Of a DNA stretch of 60,374 bases, positions 50,729-60,205 are shown piece after piece. The notes under the pieces were generated by a model, which had not been told where the DNA came from, did no database searches, and saw only the letters and a list, made by a program, of their open reading frames with translations. Every line of letters begins with the position of its first letter. Positions within the stretch are counted from its first letter, which is position 1. The position numbers and the translations under genes were made by a program. Source of the DNA: Ginsengibacter sp. (GTDB lineage Bacteria; Bacteroidota; Bacteroidia; Chitinophagales; Chitinophagaceae); assembly GCA_040007325.1 (NCBI GenBank), contig JBDTVF010000001.1, positions 1 through 60,374 of the forward strand, given 5' to 3'.

Positions 50729-52573
50729 ATGTGCGGTCTCGCGGGTACTGTAAACTCCGATTTTTCTTATGATGCTGTTGTAAAAACCATGGGACATCGG
50801 GGGCCTGATGAACAGTGTGGTTATAAATACAATAACGTTAATCTTTTTCATTTAAGGCTTGCAATTCTTGATATTTCCGGCGGAAAGCAACCGATGTCGC
50901 TTGGTGATAAATACGCCATTGCTTTTAATGGTGAGATATATAACCACCAGGAACTTCGCAAGCAGTTTAACCTTATTGGACAAACTTCTTCTGATACCGA
51001 AACCCTGCTCTTATTATACGATAAGTTCGGTACAGATTTTCTTCAATACCTGGACGGTATGTTTGTCCTTATCATTCATGACAAAACAAAAAATCAATTA
51101 TTTATTGCGAGGGACAGGGCCGGTAAGAAGCCTCTTTACTATTATTCAAAAGATGAAAAGATAGCATTTGCCAGCGAACTTAACTGTCTTGCAACCTTGG
51201 TGGATCTCGAGGCAGAACCAAAGAATTTTTATCATTATTTGAGATTAGGTTCATTCTATAAAAAGCTCACTCCTTACAAAAATGTGACTGAGTTGGAAGC
51301 TGGGAGTTTTATACTCATCAATTGCGATACGCTAAAAATTGAAGTACACGGCTGGTGGAATATTCATGATTACTATGAGCTGGAAAATCGTGACTCGTTT
51401 GAAGTTTGTCTTACGAAAACGGATGACTACCTGCATCAGGCCGTCAAGAGAAGGATTGAGTCAAGTGACCTGGAAGTAGGATGTTTTTTAAGTGGAGGTA
51501 TCGATAGTGGGCTGATTACCGCAATTGCTTCGGGCTATAATCATAAACTAAAAACTTTTACGGTCTCTTTCGATGGAGAATATGATGAAGCTCCCTTAGC
51601 TAAGCTTGTATCGGATAAATACAAAACGTCGCACACAGAAATAAAAATTTCTTTTGTCAATCTTCGAAATGATGTCGAGAAAATTATATCCAATTACGGC
51701 GAGCCTTTTTTTGACAGTTCTGCCATACCAAGCTATTATGTAAGCCAGGCCGCAAAAAAACATGTAACCGTCATACTCAACGGAGATGGTGCTGATGAGC
51801 TTTTTGGTGGCTATAGAAGATATGTACCATTTGCCAGATATGACTTTTTTAAAAAAAATTATTTGGTAAAAAGTGGCGCTGGTTTTATCAGACACGTTAT
51901 GCCCCAGGCTCACGATAAAAAGTCATTATATAATTATTTGTATCGCCTGGCATCTTTAGCATCGAAATCGAATCTTGAAATTTATCTTTCTGCAGGGGTT
52001 GATATTTTTGAAGACTATACTCAATATATTACTGACCCGGGCTTTGATTATCTTCAGCCAGTGAAAGAAGACTTTGATAAAATAGCCAATAGCAGTCTTT
52101 CTGGCTTAAAAAAAATTATGAATCTGGATTTTGATACCAATTTATTCAGCGATCTTTTGGTAAAAATGGATATTGCTACTATGGCGAATTCTATTGAGGG
52201 TCGTAGTGCCTTTTTATCTAAGGAGCTACTTGAATACATTCCCGGCATTGCTGACCGGTATAAAATAAAAGGTACGACAACAAAATATTTATTAAGACAA
52301 TTAGCAGTAAAATATCTGCCGGCTGATCTGATCAACCAGCCAAAAAGGGGTTTTGAAATTCCTCTTAAGCACTGGATCGATCATGAATTAAAAGAACCTA
52401 TTGCAGATTATTTGAGTTCTTCGCAATGCTTTTATAAGAATTTTGTGGATGGAAAATTTGTACGCGACTTGCTTGAAAACAGAATAAGAATTTCTGATGA
52501 AAAGCGTGCAAAAATCCTTTGGACTTTATTTGCAATGGAAGTGTGGAATAAAAATGTACGGAATGCCAGGTGA
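50729..52573 (+). CDS. asnB: Second AsnB-family amidotransferase
   Basis: MCGLAG, HRGPD, FNGEIYNH, LSGGIDSG, NGDGADELFGGY. Confidence 0.92.
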   Translation: MCGLAGTVNSDFSYDAVVKTMGHRGPDEQCGYKYNNVNLFHLRLAILDISGGKQPMSLGDKYAIAFNGEIYNHQELRKQFNLIGQTSSDTETLLLLYDKFGTDFLQYLDGMFVLIIHDKTKNQLFIARDRAGKKPLYYYSKDEKIAFASELNCLATLVDLEAEPKNFYHYLRLGSFYKKLTPYKNVTELEAGSFILINCDTLKIEVHGWWNIHDYYELENRDSFEVCLTKTDDYLHQAVKRRIESSDLEVGCFLSGGIDSGLITAIASGYNHKLKTFTVSFDGEYDEAPLAKLVSDKYKTSHTEIKISFVNLRNDVEKIISNYGEPFFDSSAIPSYYVSQAAKKHVTVILNGDGADELFGGYRRYVPFARYDFFKKNYLVKSGAGFIRHVMPQAHDKKSLYNYLYRLASLASKSNLEIYLSAGVDIFEDYTQYITDPGFDYLQPVKEDFDKIANSSLSGLKKIMNLDFDTNLFSDLLVKMDIATMANSIEGRSAFLSKELLEYIPGIADRYKIKGTTTKYLLRQLAVKYLPADLINQPKRGFEIPLKHWIDHELKEPIADYLSSSQCFYKNFVDGKFVRDLLENRIRISDEKRAKILWTLFAMEVWNKNVRNAR

Positions 52574-53702
52574 ATTAAAAGGAAAAAAAATTGCCGTAAT
52601 CGAAAACGGCCTTATTTCTACCTATACAATGAGGGAAGGCTTGATGCTTCGACTTCTTAAAGAGGGTTGTTCTGTGTATATCATCACCCATACCAACAAG
52701 TATGTGACGCAAGTTGAAAAAATGGGGTTAAAAGTAGTCGACGTGGGTTCTGGAAATTTGAATCCATTCAAAGTTGCCAGGTACATTTATAATTTAAGAA
52801 AGGCATTAAAAAAAATTAAACCTGACGTATGTCTCACTTTTAGTATCAGGCCGGCCATCTGGGGAAATTTAATAACCCGCCAGTTGGACATTCCAACCAT
52901 TACAAATATTACAGGCGTAGGCCCATTATTTATTAGCAAAAGTATTGTATATCGTGCTGCAAGGCGGTTGTATAGGAATGCCCTGAGTAAAACACGAAAA
53001 GTCTTTTTTCAGAACTATGATGATATGAATCTTTTTCTCGAGAGAAAATTTGTAAAACCGGAGGTCGTAGAAAGGGTTCCCGGTTCAGGTGTCGATTATA
53101 ATAAATTCAAACCAATCCTGCTAAAAGAAAAAGATCCGAACACATTCATATTTTTATTTATTGGTCGCCTCATTAAAGACAAAGGAATTTTTGAATACAT
53201 TAGTGCCGCAAGAAGTATTAGAAAAAAATTTCCAAATTCTATATTTAACGTAATTGGCCCTTTCTGGACTCAAAATCTCAGAACAAATACTATTACCCAT
53301 TCACAATTGCAACACTGGATAGAAGAAGGAGTAATCGATTATCTCGGTGAGAAAAAGGATGTAAGGAAATTTATAGCGGAAGCTGATTGCATCGTATTGC
53401 CTTCGTACCGCGAGGGTACATCCAATATACTGCTAGAGGCCGGTAGTATGGAAAAGCCTGCTATAACTACCAACACAACAGGCTGCAAAGAAATTGTGGA
53501 GCACGGTGTAACAGGCTTGTTGTGTAATGTAAAGGATGATTTAGATCTTGCAGACAAAATGGAGCAGATGATTATGCTTTCTGAAGAGCAAAGGATTTCT
53601 ATGGGAAAAAAAGCACGCGAAAAAATAATAAAAGAATACGATAAGCAAATCGTGATTGGCGCTTACTTAAAAGCCATTTGCAACGCAATACATATTCCAT
53701 AA
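52563..53702 (+). CDS. Glycosyltransferase family 4 (PglA/CapM-like)
   Basis: NITGVG, FFQNYDD, PGSGVD, GRLIKDKG, LPSYREG; ATG 52563 overlaps the end of asnB. Confidence 0.88.
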   Translation: MPGELKGKKIAVIENGLISTYTMREGLMLRLLKEGCSVYIITHTNKYVTQVEKMGLKVVDVGSGNLNPFKVARYIYNLRKALKKIKPDVCLTFSIRPAIWGNLITRQLDIPTITNITGVGPLFISKSIVYRAARRLYRNALSKTRKVFFQNYDDMNLFLERKFVKPEVVERVPGSGVDYNKFKPILLKEKDPNTFIFLFIGRLIKDKGIFEYISAARSIRKKFPNSIFNVIGPFWTQNLRTNTITHSQLQHWIEEGVIDYLGEKKDVRKFIAEADCIVLPSYREGTSNILLEAGSMEKPAITTNTTGCKEIVEHGVTGLLCNVKDDLDLADKMEQMIMLSEEQRISMGKKAREKIIKEYDKQIVIGAYLKAICNAIHIP

Positions 53703-53763
53703 TGTTATCATCTCATTATCTCTGGCATTTGTTTTAATAATCACAACTATAGTCCTTTTTTTT

Positions 53764-53780
53764 TGTAATAGAATAAAACA
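53764..53780. promoter_or_regulatory. Candidate CarH/LitR operator upstream of the regulator gene
   Basis: TGTAAT-AGAAT-AAAACA (TGT-N11-ACA), same geometry as 54717-54733. Confidence 0.35.
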
Positions 53781-53790
53781 AATTCTAGTT

Positions 53791-54669
53791 ATGCTCTTTA
53801 CGATTAAAGACATTGAAAACCTTTCAGGTATTAAAGCCCACACGATTCGTATATGGGAACAGCGATATTCCTTTATTAAGCCGAAAAGATCTGAAACTAA
53901 CATCAGGTATTATACGAACGAGGAGTTGAAAACAATTCTCAATATTGCCCTGCTTAACAAATACGGCTACAAGATTTCTCATATCGATAAAATGTCGCCG
54001 GAATCAATGGCGGAAAATGTGCTATCTCTTACGGATGCAGAAGCGAAAGAATATTTATTGATAAATACTTTGCTTGAGTGCATGGTAGACTATGATATGG
54101 AAAAGTTTGAAGCATTACTTGATAATGCCTTTTCTGTGTCAGGGATAGAGAAAACAATCCTTAAAATCATTTTTCCTTTTCTTGAAAAAGTAGGCATATT
54201 GTGGTTAACAAATCATGTTAATCCTGCCCAGGAACATCTTGTAAGCAATATAATCAGGCAAAAGATTATAGTGGGCATTGACACAGTGAAAATGAAACAA
54301 AAGAAACTAATGACAGTATGCCTTTTTCTCCCAGAAAGCGAATATCACGAGTTATCCCTGCTACTTGTATTTTATTTGATGAAGAAAAAGAGTGTAAACG
54401 TTATATATCTTGGCGCTCACACGCCCTTCAAGGAATTGGATAATGTGATACTCAATAAAAAGCCTGATTATTTATATACACATATAACATCAGCATCGCA
54501 GAATTTTAATTTCGAAAAGTTTCTGTCTCAGATCCATAAGCAATTTGGAAATTACCGATTTATTGTATCTGGCAAATTCACAACTACGTATAAAAAAGCT
54601 ATTCCCCCAAAAATCATCTTTAAGAAATCTCTTGCTGAAGTAAAAGATTTCATAGATACCCTTTCTTAA
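53791..54669 (+). CDS. MerR-family cobalamin-binding regulator (CarH/LitR-like)
   Basis: MerR HTH with IRIWEQRY; W-x9-EH (WLTNHVNPAQEH); E-x-H (EYHELS); IYLGAHTP; heads a crt cluster. Confidence 0.88.
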   Translation: MLFTIKDIENLSGIKAHTIRIWEQRYSFIKPKRSETNIRYYTNEELKTILNIALLNKYGYKISHIDKMSPESMAENVLSLTDAEAKEYLLINTLLECMVDYDMEKFEALLDNAFSVSGIEKTILKIIFPFLEKVGILWLTNHVNPAQEHLVSNIIRQKIIVGIDTVKMKQKKLMTVCLFLPESEYHELSLLLVFYLMKKKSVNVIYLGAHTPFKELDNVILNKKPDYLYTHITSASQNFNFEKFLSQIHKQFGNYRFIVSGKFTTTYKKAIPPKIIFKKSLAEVKDFIDTLS

Positions 54670-54716
54670 GAGCATAACCTCCTTTTCCGTAATTTTTATT
54701 TCTGTTTAAAGTCAGA

Positions 54717-54733
54717 TGTGCAAATATTAAACA
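54717..54733. promoter_or_regulatory. Candidate CarH/LitR operator upstream of the ECF sigma gene
   Basis: TGTGCA-AATAT-TAAACA, two TnnACA-like hexamers 11 bp apart. Confidence 0.45.
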
Positions 54734-54762
54734 AAAATATTTGTGAGAATAAATATTTTGTT

Positions 54763-54770
54763 TAACTTTA
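54763..54770 (+). promoter_or_regulatory. Near-consensus -7 element for the ECF sigma gene
   Basis: TAACTTTA, 25 nt before ATG. Confidence 0.5.
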
Positions 54771-54795
54771 TGCCATCAAACATTAAACATTTTTT

Positions 54796-55296
54796 ATGTC
54801 AACACTTGAATTTAACCAGCTCCTTTTACACAATTCTGAATTCCTTAAGCCTTTTGCGATAACACTGACGCGTGATAATGAAAGTGCAAAAGATCTTGTG
54901 CAGGAAACTATGTACCGCGCCGTTGCCAACCGCGAGAAATATAATTTTGGGACGAATATCAAGGCCTGGCTTTACACCATAATGCGTAACATTTTTATAA
55001 ATGATTACCGCAGAAAAGCCAAGCAGAGTGTCATATTAGATTCTACGCCAAATGATTTTCTTTTAAACTCTAACCAGGTTTCTATTGCAAACCTGGCAGA
55101 AAGCAAAATAAAGCTTAAGGAGATTGAAAAGGAGTTGCATCATCTACCGTCCATTTTTAAAACACCATTCCTTTTATATTTTGAAGGTTACAAATACCAC
55201 GAAATAGCCGCGGTGCTGCAGGAGCCACTAGGCACTATTAAGAGTCGTATTCATTTTGCACGTAAACTTCTTAAAGAAAAAATATCCCGGTTTTAG
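54796..55296 (+). CDS. ECF RNA polymerase sigma factor
   Basis: AKDLVQET, KAWLYTIMRNIFINDYRR (region 2); YHEIA...LGTIKSRIHFAR (region 4). Confidence 0.93.
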   Translation: MSTLEFNQLLLHNSEFLKPFAITLTRDNESAKDLVQETMYRAVANREKYNFGTNIKAWLYTIMRNIFINDYRRKAKQSVILDSTPNDFLLNSNQVSIANLAESKIKLKEIEKELHHLPSIFKTPFLLYFEGYKYHEIAAVLQEPLGTIKSRIHFARKLLKEKISRF

Positions 55297-55361
55297 GAGA
55301 AACTGAAAGACCTTGCGGCAAGCAAGCGGATTTACTTTTCAGTTATCTTTAGTTCTAAATT

Positions 55362-56834
55362 TTGAAAACAGCAATTGTAATAGGAAGTGGTTTTTCGGGA
55401 TTGTCATCTGCCTCTTATTTGGCGAAAAGCGGTTGGGATGTAACCGTTTTTGAAAAGCATGAAATACCTGGTGGCAGGGCCAGGAAACTTGAGGCAAATG
55501 GATTTATTTTCGACATGGGGCCAAGTTGGTATTGGATGCCCGATGTATTTGAAAGATATTTTGAAAACTTTGGAAGAAAGAGATCAGATTATTATAGTCT
55601 CACAAGACTGGATCCATCTTACAAGGTCTATTGGAACGATAGTGAGATGTCCATCCCGGCAGATTATGATGACTTAAAACATTTATTTGAAACGATAGAG
55701 AAAGACAGCTCAAAAAAGCTTGATAAATATCTTAAGCAAGCTGAATATAAGTACAAAGTTGGTATAGATAAATTGGTTCACAAGCCTGGAAGGTCTATAA
55801 CCGAATTTGTGGATTGGGATCTTATAAAAGGGCTATTTAAACTGGAAGTTTTTTCTTCGATAAGAAGCCATATCCAAAAAAATTTTCAGAGTTCAAAATT
55901 GAGGCAGTTGCTGGAATTCCCTGTCTTGTTTCTCGGGGCTTTGCCCAAAGATACGCCAGCTCTTTACAGTCTTATGAATTATGCCGATATCGTTGGAGGC
56001 ACATGGTATCCTGAAAACGGTATGTATAGCGTGGTGGAAAGCATGTATAATCTTGCAGAGGAGTTGGGAGTTAAATTTCGATTCAAAGAGAATGTGATTG
56101 CTATTGATGTCAGCGGAAAAATGACAACCGGGGTTACAACACAAAACGGGACATATAAAAGTGAAGTAGTTATCGCAAGTGCTGATTATCATTTTGTTGA
56201 TAGTGAGTTACTTCCGCAAGACAAAAGAAATTATGATGAGAGATATTGGGATGAAAGAGTTTTGGCCCCGTCCTGCTTATTATATTTTATAGGGCTCAGG
56301 AAAAAAATAAAAGCTATCACGCACCATTCACTTTTTTTTGACGTAGATTTTGATAAACATGGCGATGAAATTTATGTAAACAAAAAATGGCCGGAGGAAC
56401 CACTGTTTTATGTAAGCGCAACTTCGGTTACAGATAATACAGTCGCTCCGGAAGGATGCGAAAATTTATTCTTCCTGATTCCTGTTGCGGCGGGTTTAAT
56501 TGGGGATGATGATAATCTCAGGGAAAAATATTTTGAAAAGATTATTGCCAGGTTTGAAAGACGAATTGGTGAAAATATCCGGGATCATATAATTTATAAG
56601 AATTGTTTTGGCCCATCAGATTTTGTAAAAGATTATAATGCTTATAAGGGTAATGCATACGGACTTGCGAATACTTTAATGCAAACGGCGATATTGAAAC
56701 CCTCGTGTCGCAGCAAAAAAATGAATAATCTTTTTTACACCGGACAGTTAACAGTGCCCGGGCCTGGAGTTCCTCCGTCTTTAATAAGTGGGGAGGTAGT
56801 AGCTACAGAAGTGATTAAACATTTTGGATCATAA
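55362..56834 (+). CDS. crtI: Phytoene desaturase
   Basis: VIGSGFSGL, GGRA, FDMGPSWYWMP, GQLTVPGPGVPPSLISG. Confidence 0.92.
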   Translation: MKTAIVIGSGFSGLSSASYLAKSGWDVTVFEKHEIPGGRARKLEANGFIFDMGPSWYWMPDVFERYFENFGRKRSDYYSLTRLDPSYKVYWNDSEMSIPADYDDLKHLFETIEKDSSKKLDKYLKQAEYKYKVGIDKLVHKPGRSITEFVDWDLIKGLFKLEVFSSIRSHIQKNFQSSKLRQLLEFPVLFLGALPKDTPALYSLMNYADIVGGTWYPENGMYSVVESMYNLAEELGVKFRFKENVIAIDVSGKMTTGVTTQNGTYKSEVVIASADYHFVDSELLPQDKRNYDERYWDERVLAPSCLLYFIGLRKKIKAITHHSLFFDVDFDKHGDEIYVNKKWPEEPLFYVSATSVTDNTVAPEGCENLFFLIPVAAGLIGDDDNLREKYFEKIIARFERRIGENIRDHIIYKNCFGPSDFVKDYNAYKGNAYGLANTLMQTAILKPSCRSKKMNNLFYTGQLTVPGPGVPPSLISGEVVATEVIKHFGS

Positions 56835-56880
56835 AATGTATTTTTATAAGAGAATTGTAGTCTGAATTAATTATTAAAGT

Positions 56881-57720
56881 ATGATGCAGTTGTTTCATGA
56901 TGTAAGTATGCAGTGCAGTAAGATCACCACGCAGAGGTATAGCACATCGTTTTGTAGTGCTATCAGGCTTTTGCATAAAGATCTACGAACACCCATATAT
57001 AATATTTATGGTTTCGTACGATTCGCTGATGAAATAGTAGATACATTTCACGATTACAATAAAGAGCAATTATTAGAAGAATTTAAGACTGAAACTTATC
57101 AAGCAATTGAGAGAAAAATATGTCTTAATCCCATTCTTCAAAGTTTTCAACTTACAGTTAATGAATATCAAATTGACTTACATCTTATAGAGGCCTTCTT
57201 TAAAAGCATGGAATATGACCTTAATAAAAAAATATATGATGATGCAGGGTATAAAGATTATGTATATGGTAGCGCCGAGGTCGTAGGCCTTATGTGCCTA
57301 TCTATATTTTGCGAGAAAGATAATGAGGCTTACGAGAAGCTAAAACCATTTGCAAAATCTCTTGGTGCGGCATTCCAAAAAGTAAATTTTTTGCGTGATG
57401 TGAAGGCTGATTTTCAACAGCTCGAAAGAACTTATTTTCCTGATGTAGATTTTAAGAATTTTACCGCTGAAAGCAAAAAAGATATTGAAGATGATATAAT
57501 GGCTGATTTTTCAAATGCATATAAAGGCATTCTTGAATTGCCACTCAAAGCAAGGTTTGGCGTTTATGTCGCCTATAAATATTATCTGTCTCTCTTCAAA
57601 AAAATAAGGCGCACAAAACCTGCAAAGATCCTTGAGCAACGGATACGGATTCCTAATTATTCAAAAGCTTTTATCGTGGTAAGAGCAGGTGTAAAAAATC
57701 AACTTCACTTAATTCAATAA
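56881..57720 (+). CDS. crtB: Phytoene synthase
   Basis: YSTSF, RFADEIVD, YVYGSAEVVGLM, FQKVNFLRDV. Confidence 0.93.
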   Translation: MMQLFHDVSMQCSKITTQRYSTSFCSAIRLLHKDLRTPIYNIYGFVRFADEIVDTFHDYNKEQLLEEFKTETYQAIERKICLNPILQSFQLTVNEYQIDLHLIEAFFKSMEYDLNKKIYDDAGYKDYVYGSAEVVGLMCLSIFCEKDNEAYEKLKPFAKSLGAAFQKVNFLRDVKADFQQLERTYFPDVDFKNFTAESKKDIEDDIMADFSNAYKGILELPLKARFGVYVAYKYYLSLFKKIRRTKPAKILEQRIRIPNYSKAFIVVRAGVKNQLHLIQ

Positions 57721-57738
57721 GAATCAAACAAAGCTATT

Positions 57739-58266
57739 TTGACTGAAGTAATATTGGTTAACGAGAAAGATGAGCAGGTAGGTACCATGGAAAAAATGGA
57801 AGCTCATGTGAAAGGCTTGCTTCATCGTGCCTTTAGCATTTTTATTTTTAATAACAGGGGTGAAATGTTATTGCAGCAACGTGCAAATGGCAAGTATCAT
57901 AATGGTGGCTTATGGACCAACACTTGTTGCAGCCATCCGCTTCCGGGTGAAAGTGTTTCTACAGCAGCAAAAAGAAGGCTCCAGGAGGAAATGGGATTTA
58001 GCACAGCTCTCTCGCCGGCATTTACATTTGTATATAAAGCCACCTTTGATAACGGCTTAACGGAATACGAATATGATCATGTGTTTGCCGGGGTGTATGA
58101 TGGCGTAGTTCAGATAAATCCCGGAGAGGTGAGTGATTATTGTTACAAAACAATCGATGACATAGAAGCGTCGCTGGGCAGTCATCCCCAGAAGTATACT
58201 GAATGGTTTAAACTTGCCTTTAAAGGAATAAAAGAATTCCATTTAGAAAAATTCCTCGCCGCCTGA
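57739..58266 (+). CDS. idi: Type 1 isopentenyl-diphosphate delta-isomerase
   Basis: LHRAFS, LLQQRA, WTNTCCSHP, RRLQEEMG, EYEYDHVF. Confidence 0.95.
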   Translation: MTEVILVNEKDEQVGTMEKMEAHVKGLLHRAFSIFIFNNRGEMLLQQRANGKYHNGGLWTNTCCSHPLPGESVSTAAKRRLQEEMGFSTALSPAFTFVYKATFDNGLTEYEYDHVFAGVYDGVVQINPGEVSDYCYKTIDDIEASLGSHPQKYTEWFKLAFKGIKEFHLEKFLAA

Positions 58267-58309
58267 TTACTTTTAGCATTAATTCAAAAGCCCACGTCTT
58301 TTAAAGTAT

Positions 58310-58317
58310 TAATTTTG
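58310..58317 (+). promoter_or_regulatory. -7 promoter element of crtZ
   Basis: TAATTTTG, 7 nt before ATG. Confidence 0.5.
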
Positions 58318-58324
58318 TAATTCG

Positions 58325-58840
58325 ATGCAATTCTTTTATTTCATATTGATCATGCTGTCAACCTTTCTAACTATGGAAGGTATAACCTGGCTTACGCACA
58401 AGTTTGTGATGCATGGTTTTTTATGGTATTTACATGAAGACCATCATAAAAAAGGTCCGGGGTTTTTTGAAAAGAATGATGCATTCTTCCTCATATTTTC
58501 TATACCCAGCATTCTTTGTATTTTATTCGGAACGTTTGATCATAAATTCTGGCTGGCAGCAATAGGCGCAGGCGTTGCAATGTATGGCCTTGCCTATTTC
58601 ATCGTGCATGATGTAATTATTCATCAACGAATAAAATTTTTTACCAGGACGGACAATATTTATGTACGCGGCATACGATGGGCCCATAAAATGCATCACA
58701 AACATTTGGAAAAAGAAGACGGTGAAAGCTTTGGCATGCTACTCGTTGCAAGGAAATATCGCGAAAAAGTAAAGGCCGATAAAAAAAGGGCCAAGGAGAA
58801 TAAAATAAAAGCTGCATCTATACTCGCTTCTAATAACTGA
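58325..58840 (+). CDS. crtZ: Beta-carotene hydroxylase
   Basis: His boxes HKFVMH, HEDHH, HDVIIH, HKMHH; EKND; SFG. Confidence 0.9.
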   Translation: MQFFYFILIMLSTFLTMEGITWLTHKFVMHGFLWYLHEDHHKKGPGFFEKNDAFFLIFSIPSILCILFGTFDHKFWLAAIGAGVAMYGLAYFIVHDVIIHQRIKFFTRTDNIYVRGIRWAHKMHHKHLEKEDGESFGMLLVARKYREKVKADKKRAKENKIKAASILASNN

Positions 58841-58938
58841 TCGGTATTTTCCCTGGCTACTATAAAATTCTAAGTGTATTTTCCCACAGACTTATCAAAT
58901 CTTTCGCACTTTATTAGAATAATTTAATTAAGCGTTAT

Positions 58939-60099
58939 ATGCAAGCTTCGCAATATGACTATATTTTCCTGGGAGCAGGCTGTGCTACTCTAAGCATAGT
59001 CCTGCGCATGATAGAATCAAACAATTTTGCCACAAAAAAAATACTCATAATAGATAAAGAGAAAAAGAATAAAAACGATCGCACATGGTGTTTTTGGGAG
59101 AAAGAGGCTGATTTCTTTGAGAAAATAGTTTACAAAACGTGGAGTAATCTTTCATTTAAAACTGATAACACTTCAATTGCGCTTGACATACAGCCATATC
59201 AATACAAAATGATAAGGGGTATCGATTTTTACAATTACTGTTTCGACCATATATCTTATTCGGAAAATGTTGATGTTGTTTTTGGTAAAATAACTTTTGA
59301 AAATGAAAACGGAATAAATAGTATTAGGTTAAATAACGAAGAATTAAACTTTAGTAAAAACACTTTTATTTTTAATTCTATTTACAAACCGGGCAGTAAG
59401 CAAAAAGGTAAATATTATTTGCTACAGCATTTTAAAGGATGGATTATTGAAACTGAAAAAGATTGTTTTGATCCTGGAAGCGGAACACTTATGGATTTCA
59501 GGGTGAGCCAGCAGCACGGAACTACCTTCGTATATGTGCTTCCGCTATCTTCAAAAACTGCGCTAGTAGAATATACTTTGTTTACTGATGCCTTTCTCTC
59601 GCAGGAAGAATATGATAATGGGCTAAAAGATTATCTAAAGAATTATACAGATTTAGAAGAATATAAGGTCACAGACGAAGAATTTGGCGTAATACCAATG
59701 ACCAATGCTGTCTTTCCTTCCTTTACAAACGGCATGTATTTCATAGGTACAGCCGGTGGCCAAACTAAAGCATCAACCGGGTACACTTTTAAATTTATCC
59801 AAAAGCAGTCAGCTCAAATCGTGAAAGAACTTTCGTATGGTAAGTTGCCCTTAAAAAAATTGAAGCAGGATCGTTTTTATTTTTACGATAGTACATTACT
59901 AAATATACTGGTGAATAGAACGCTCGCCGGAAAGGACATTTTTTCAACGCTTTTCAGAAAAAATAAAGCTGCTTTAGTATTTAAATTCCTGGACAATGAA
60001 ACAAATATTCCAGAAGACTTCAAGATTATTAATTCGCTTCCAAAAAAAGAGTTTCTTAAAGCAGGCCTTAGAGAACTTTCAAAAATGATCGCTTCCTGA
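58939..60099 (+). CDS. crtY: Lycopene cyclase family protein
   Basis: YDYIFLGAGCA, NDRTWCFW, LMDFR, FVYVLP, ALVEYT, EEFGVIPM, GGQTKASTGYTF. Confidence 0.85.
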   Translation: MQASQYDYIFLGAGCATLSIVLRMIESNNFATKKILIIDKEKKNKNDRTWCFWEKEADFFEKIVYKTWSNLSFKTDNTSIALDIQPYQYKMIRGIDFYNYCFDHISYSENVDVVFGKITFENENGINSIRLNNEELNFSKNTFIFNSIYKPGSKQKGKYYLLQHFKGWIIETEKDCFDPGSGTLMDFRVSQQHGTTFVYVLPLSSKTALVEYTLFTDAFLSQEEYDNGLKDYLKNYTDLEEYKVTDEEFGVIPMTNAVFPSFTNGMYFIGTAGGQTKASTGYTFKFIQKQSAQIVKELSYGKLPLKKLKQDRFYFYDSTLLNILVNRTLAGKDIFSTLFRKNKAALVFKFLDNETNIPEDFKIINSLPKKEFLKAGLRELSKMIAS

Positions 60100-60192
60100 G
60101 CTATTGTAAAATGTTATATCAAAAATTTTCGAAACTTTTTTCCAACCTCCTAAACCCCTTGCAGCATAAAAAATCAATCGCCATTTTGTGCG

Positions 60193-60200
60193 TAAATTCG
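60193..60200 (+). promoter_or_regulatory. Near-consensus -7 element for relA/spoT
   Basis: TAAATTCG, 5 nt before ATG. Confidence 0.5.
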
Positions 60201-60205
60201 TATAA

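Noticed and set aside
43685-52573. AsnB proteins as lasso-peptide cyclases
   Set aside because: Both have an intact Ntn glutaminase domain (MCG), and no precursor peptide, B protein or RRE was seen.
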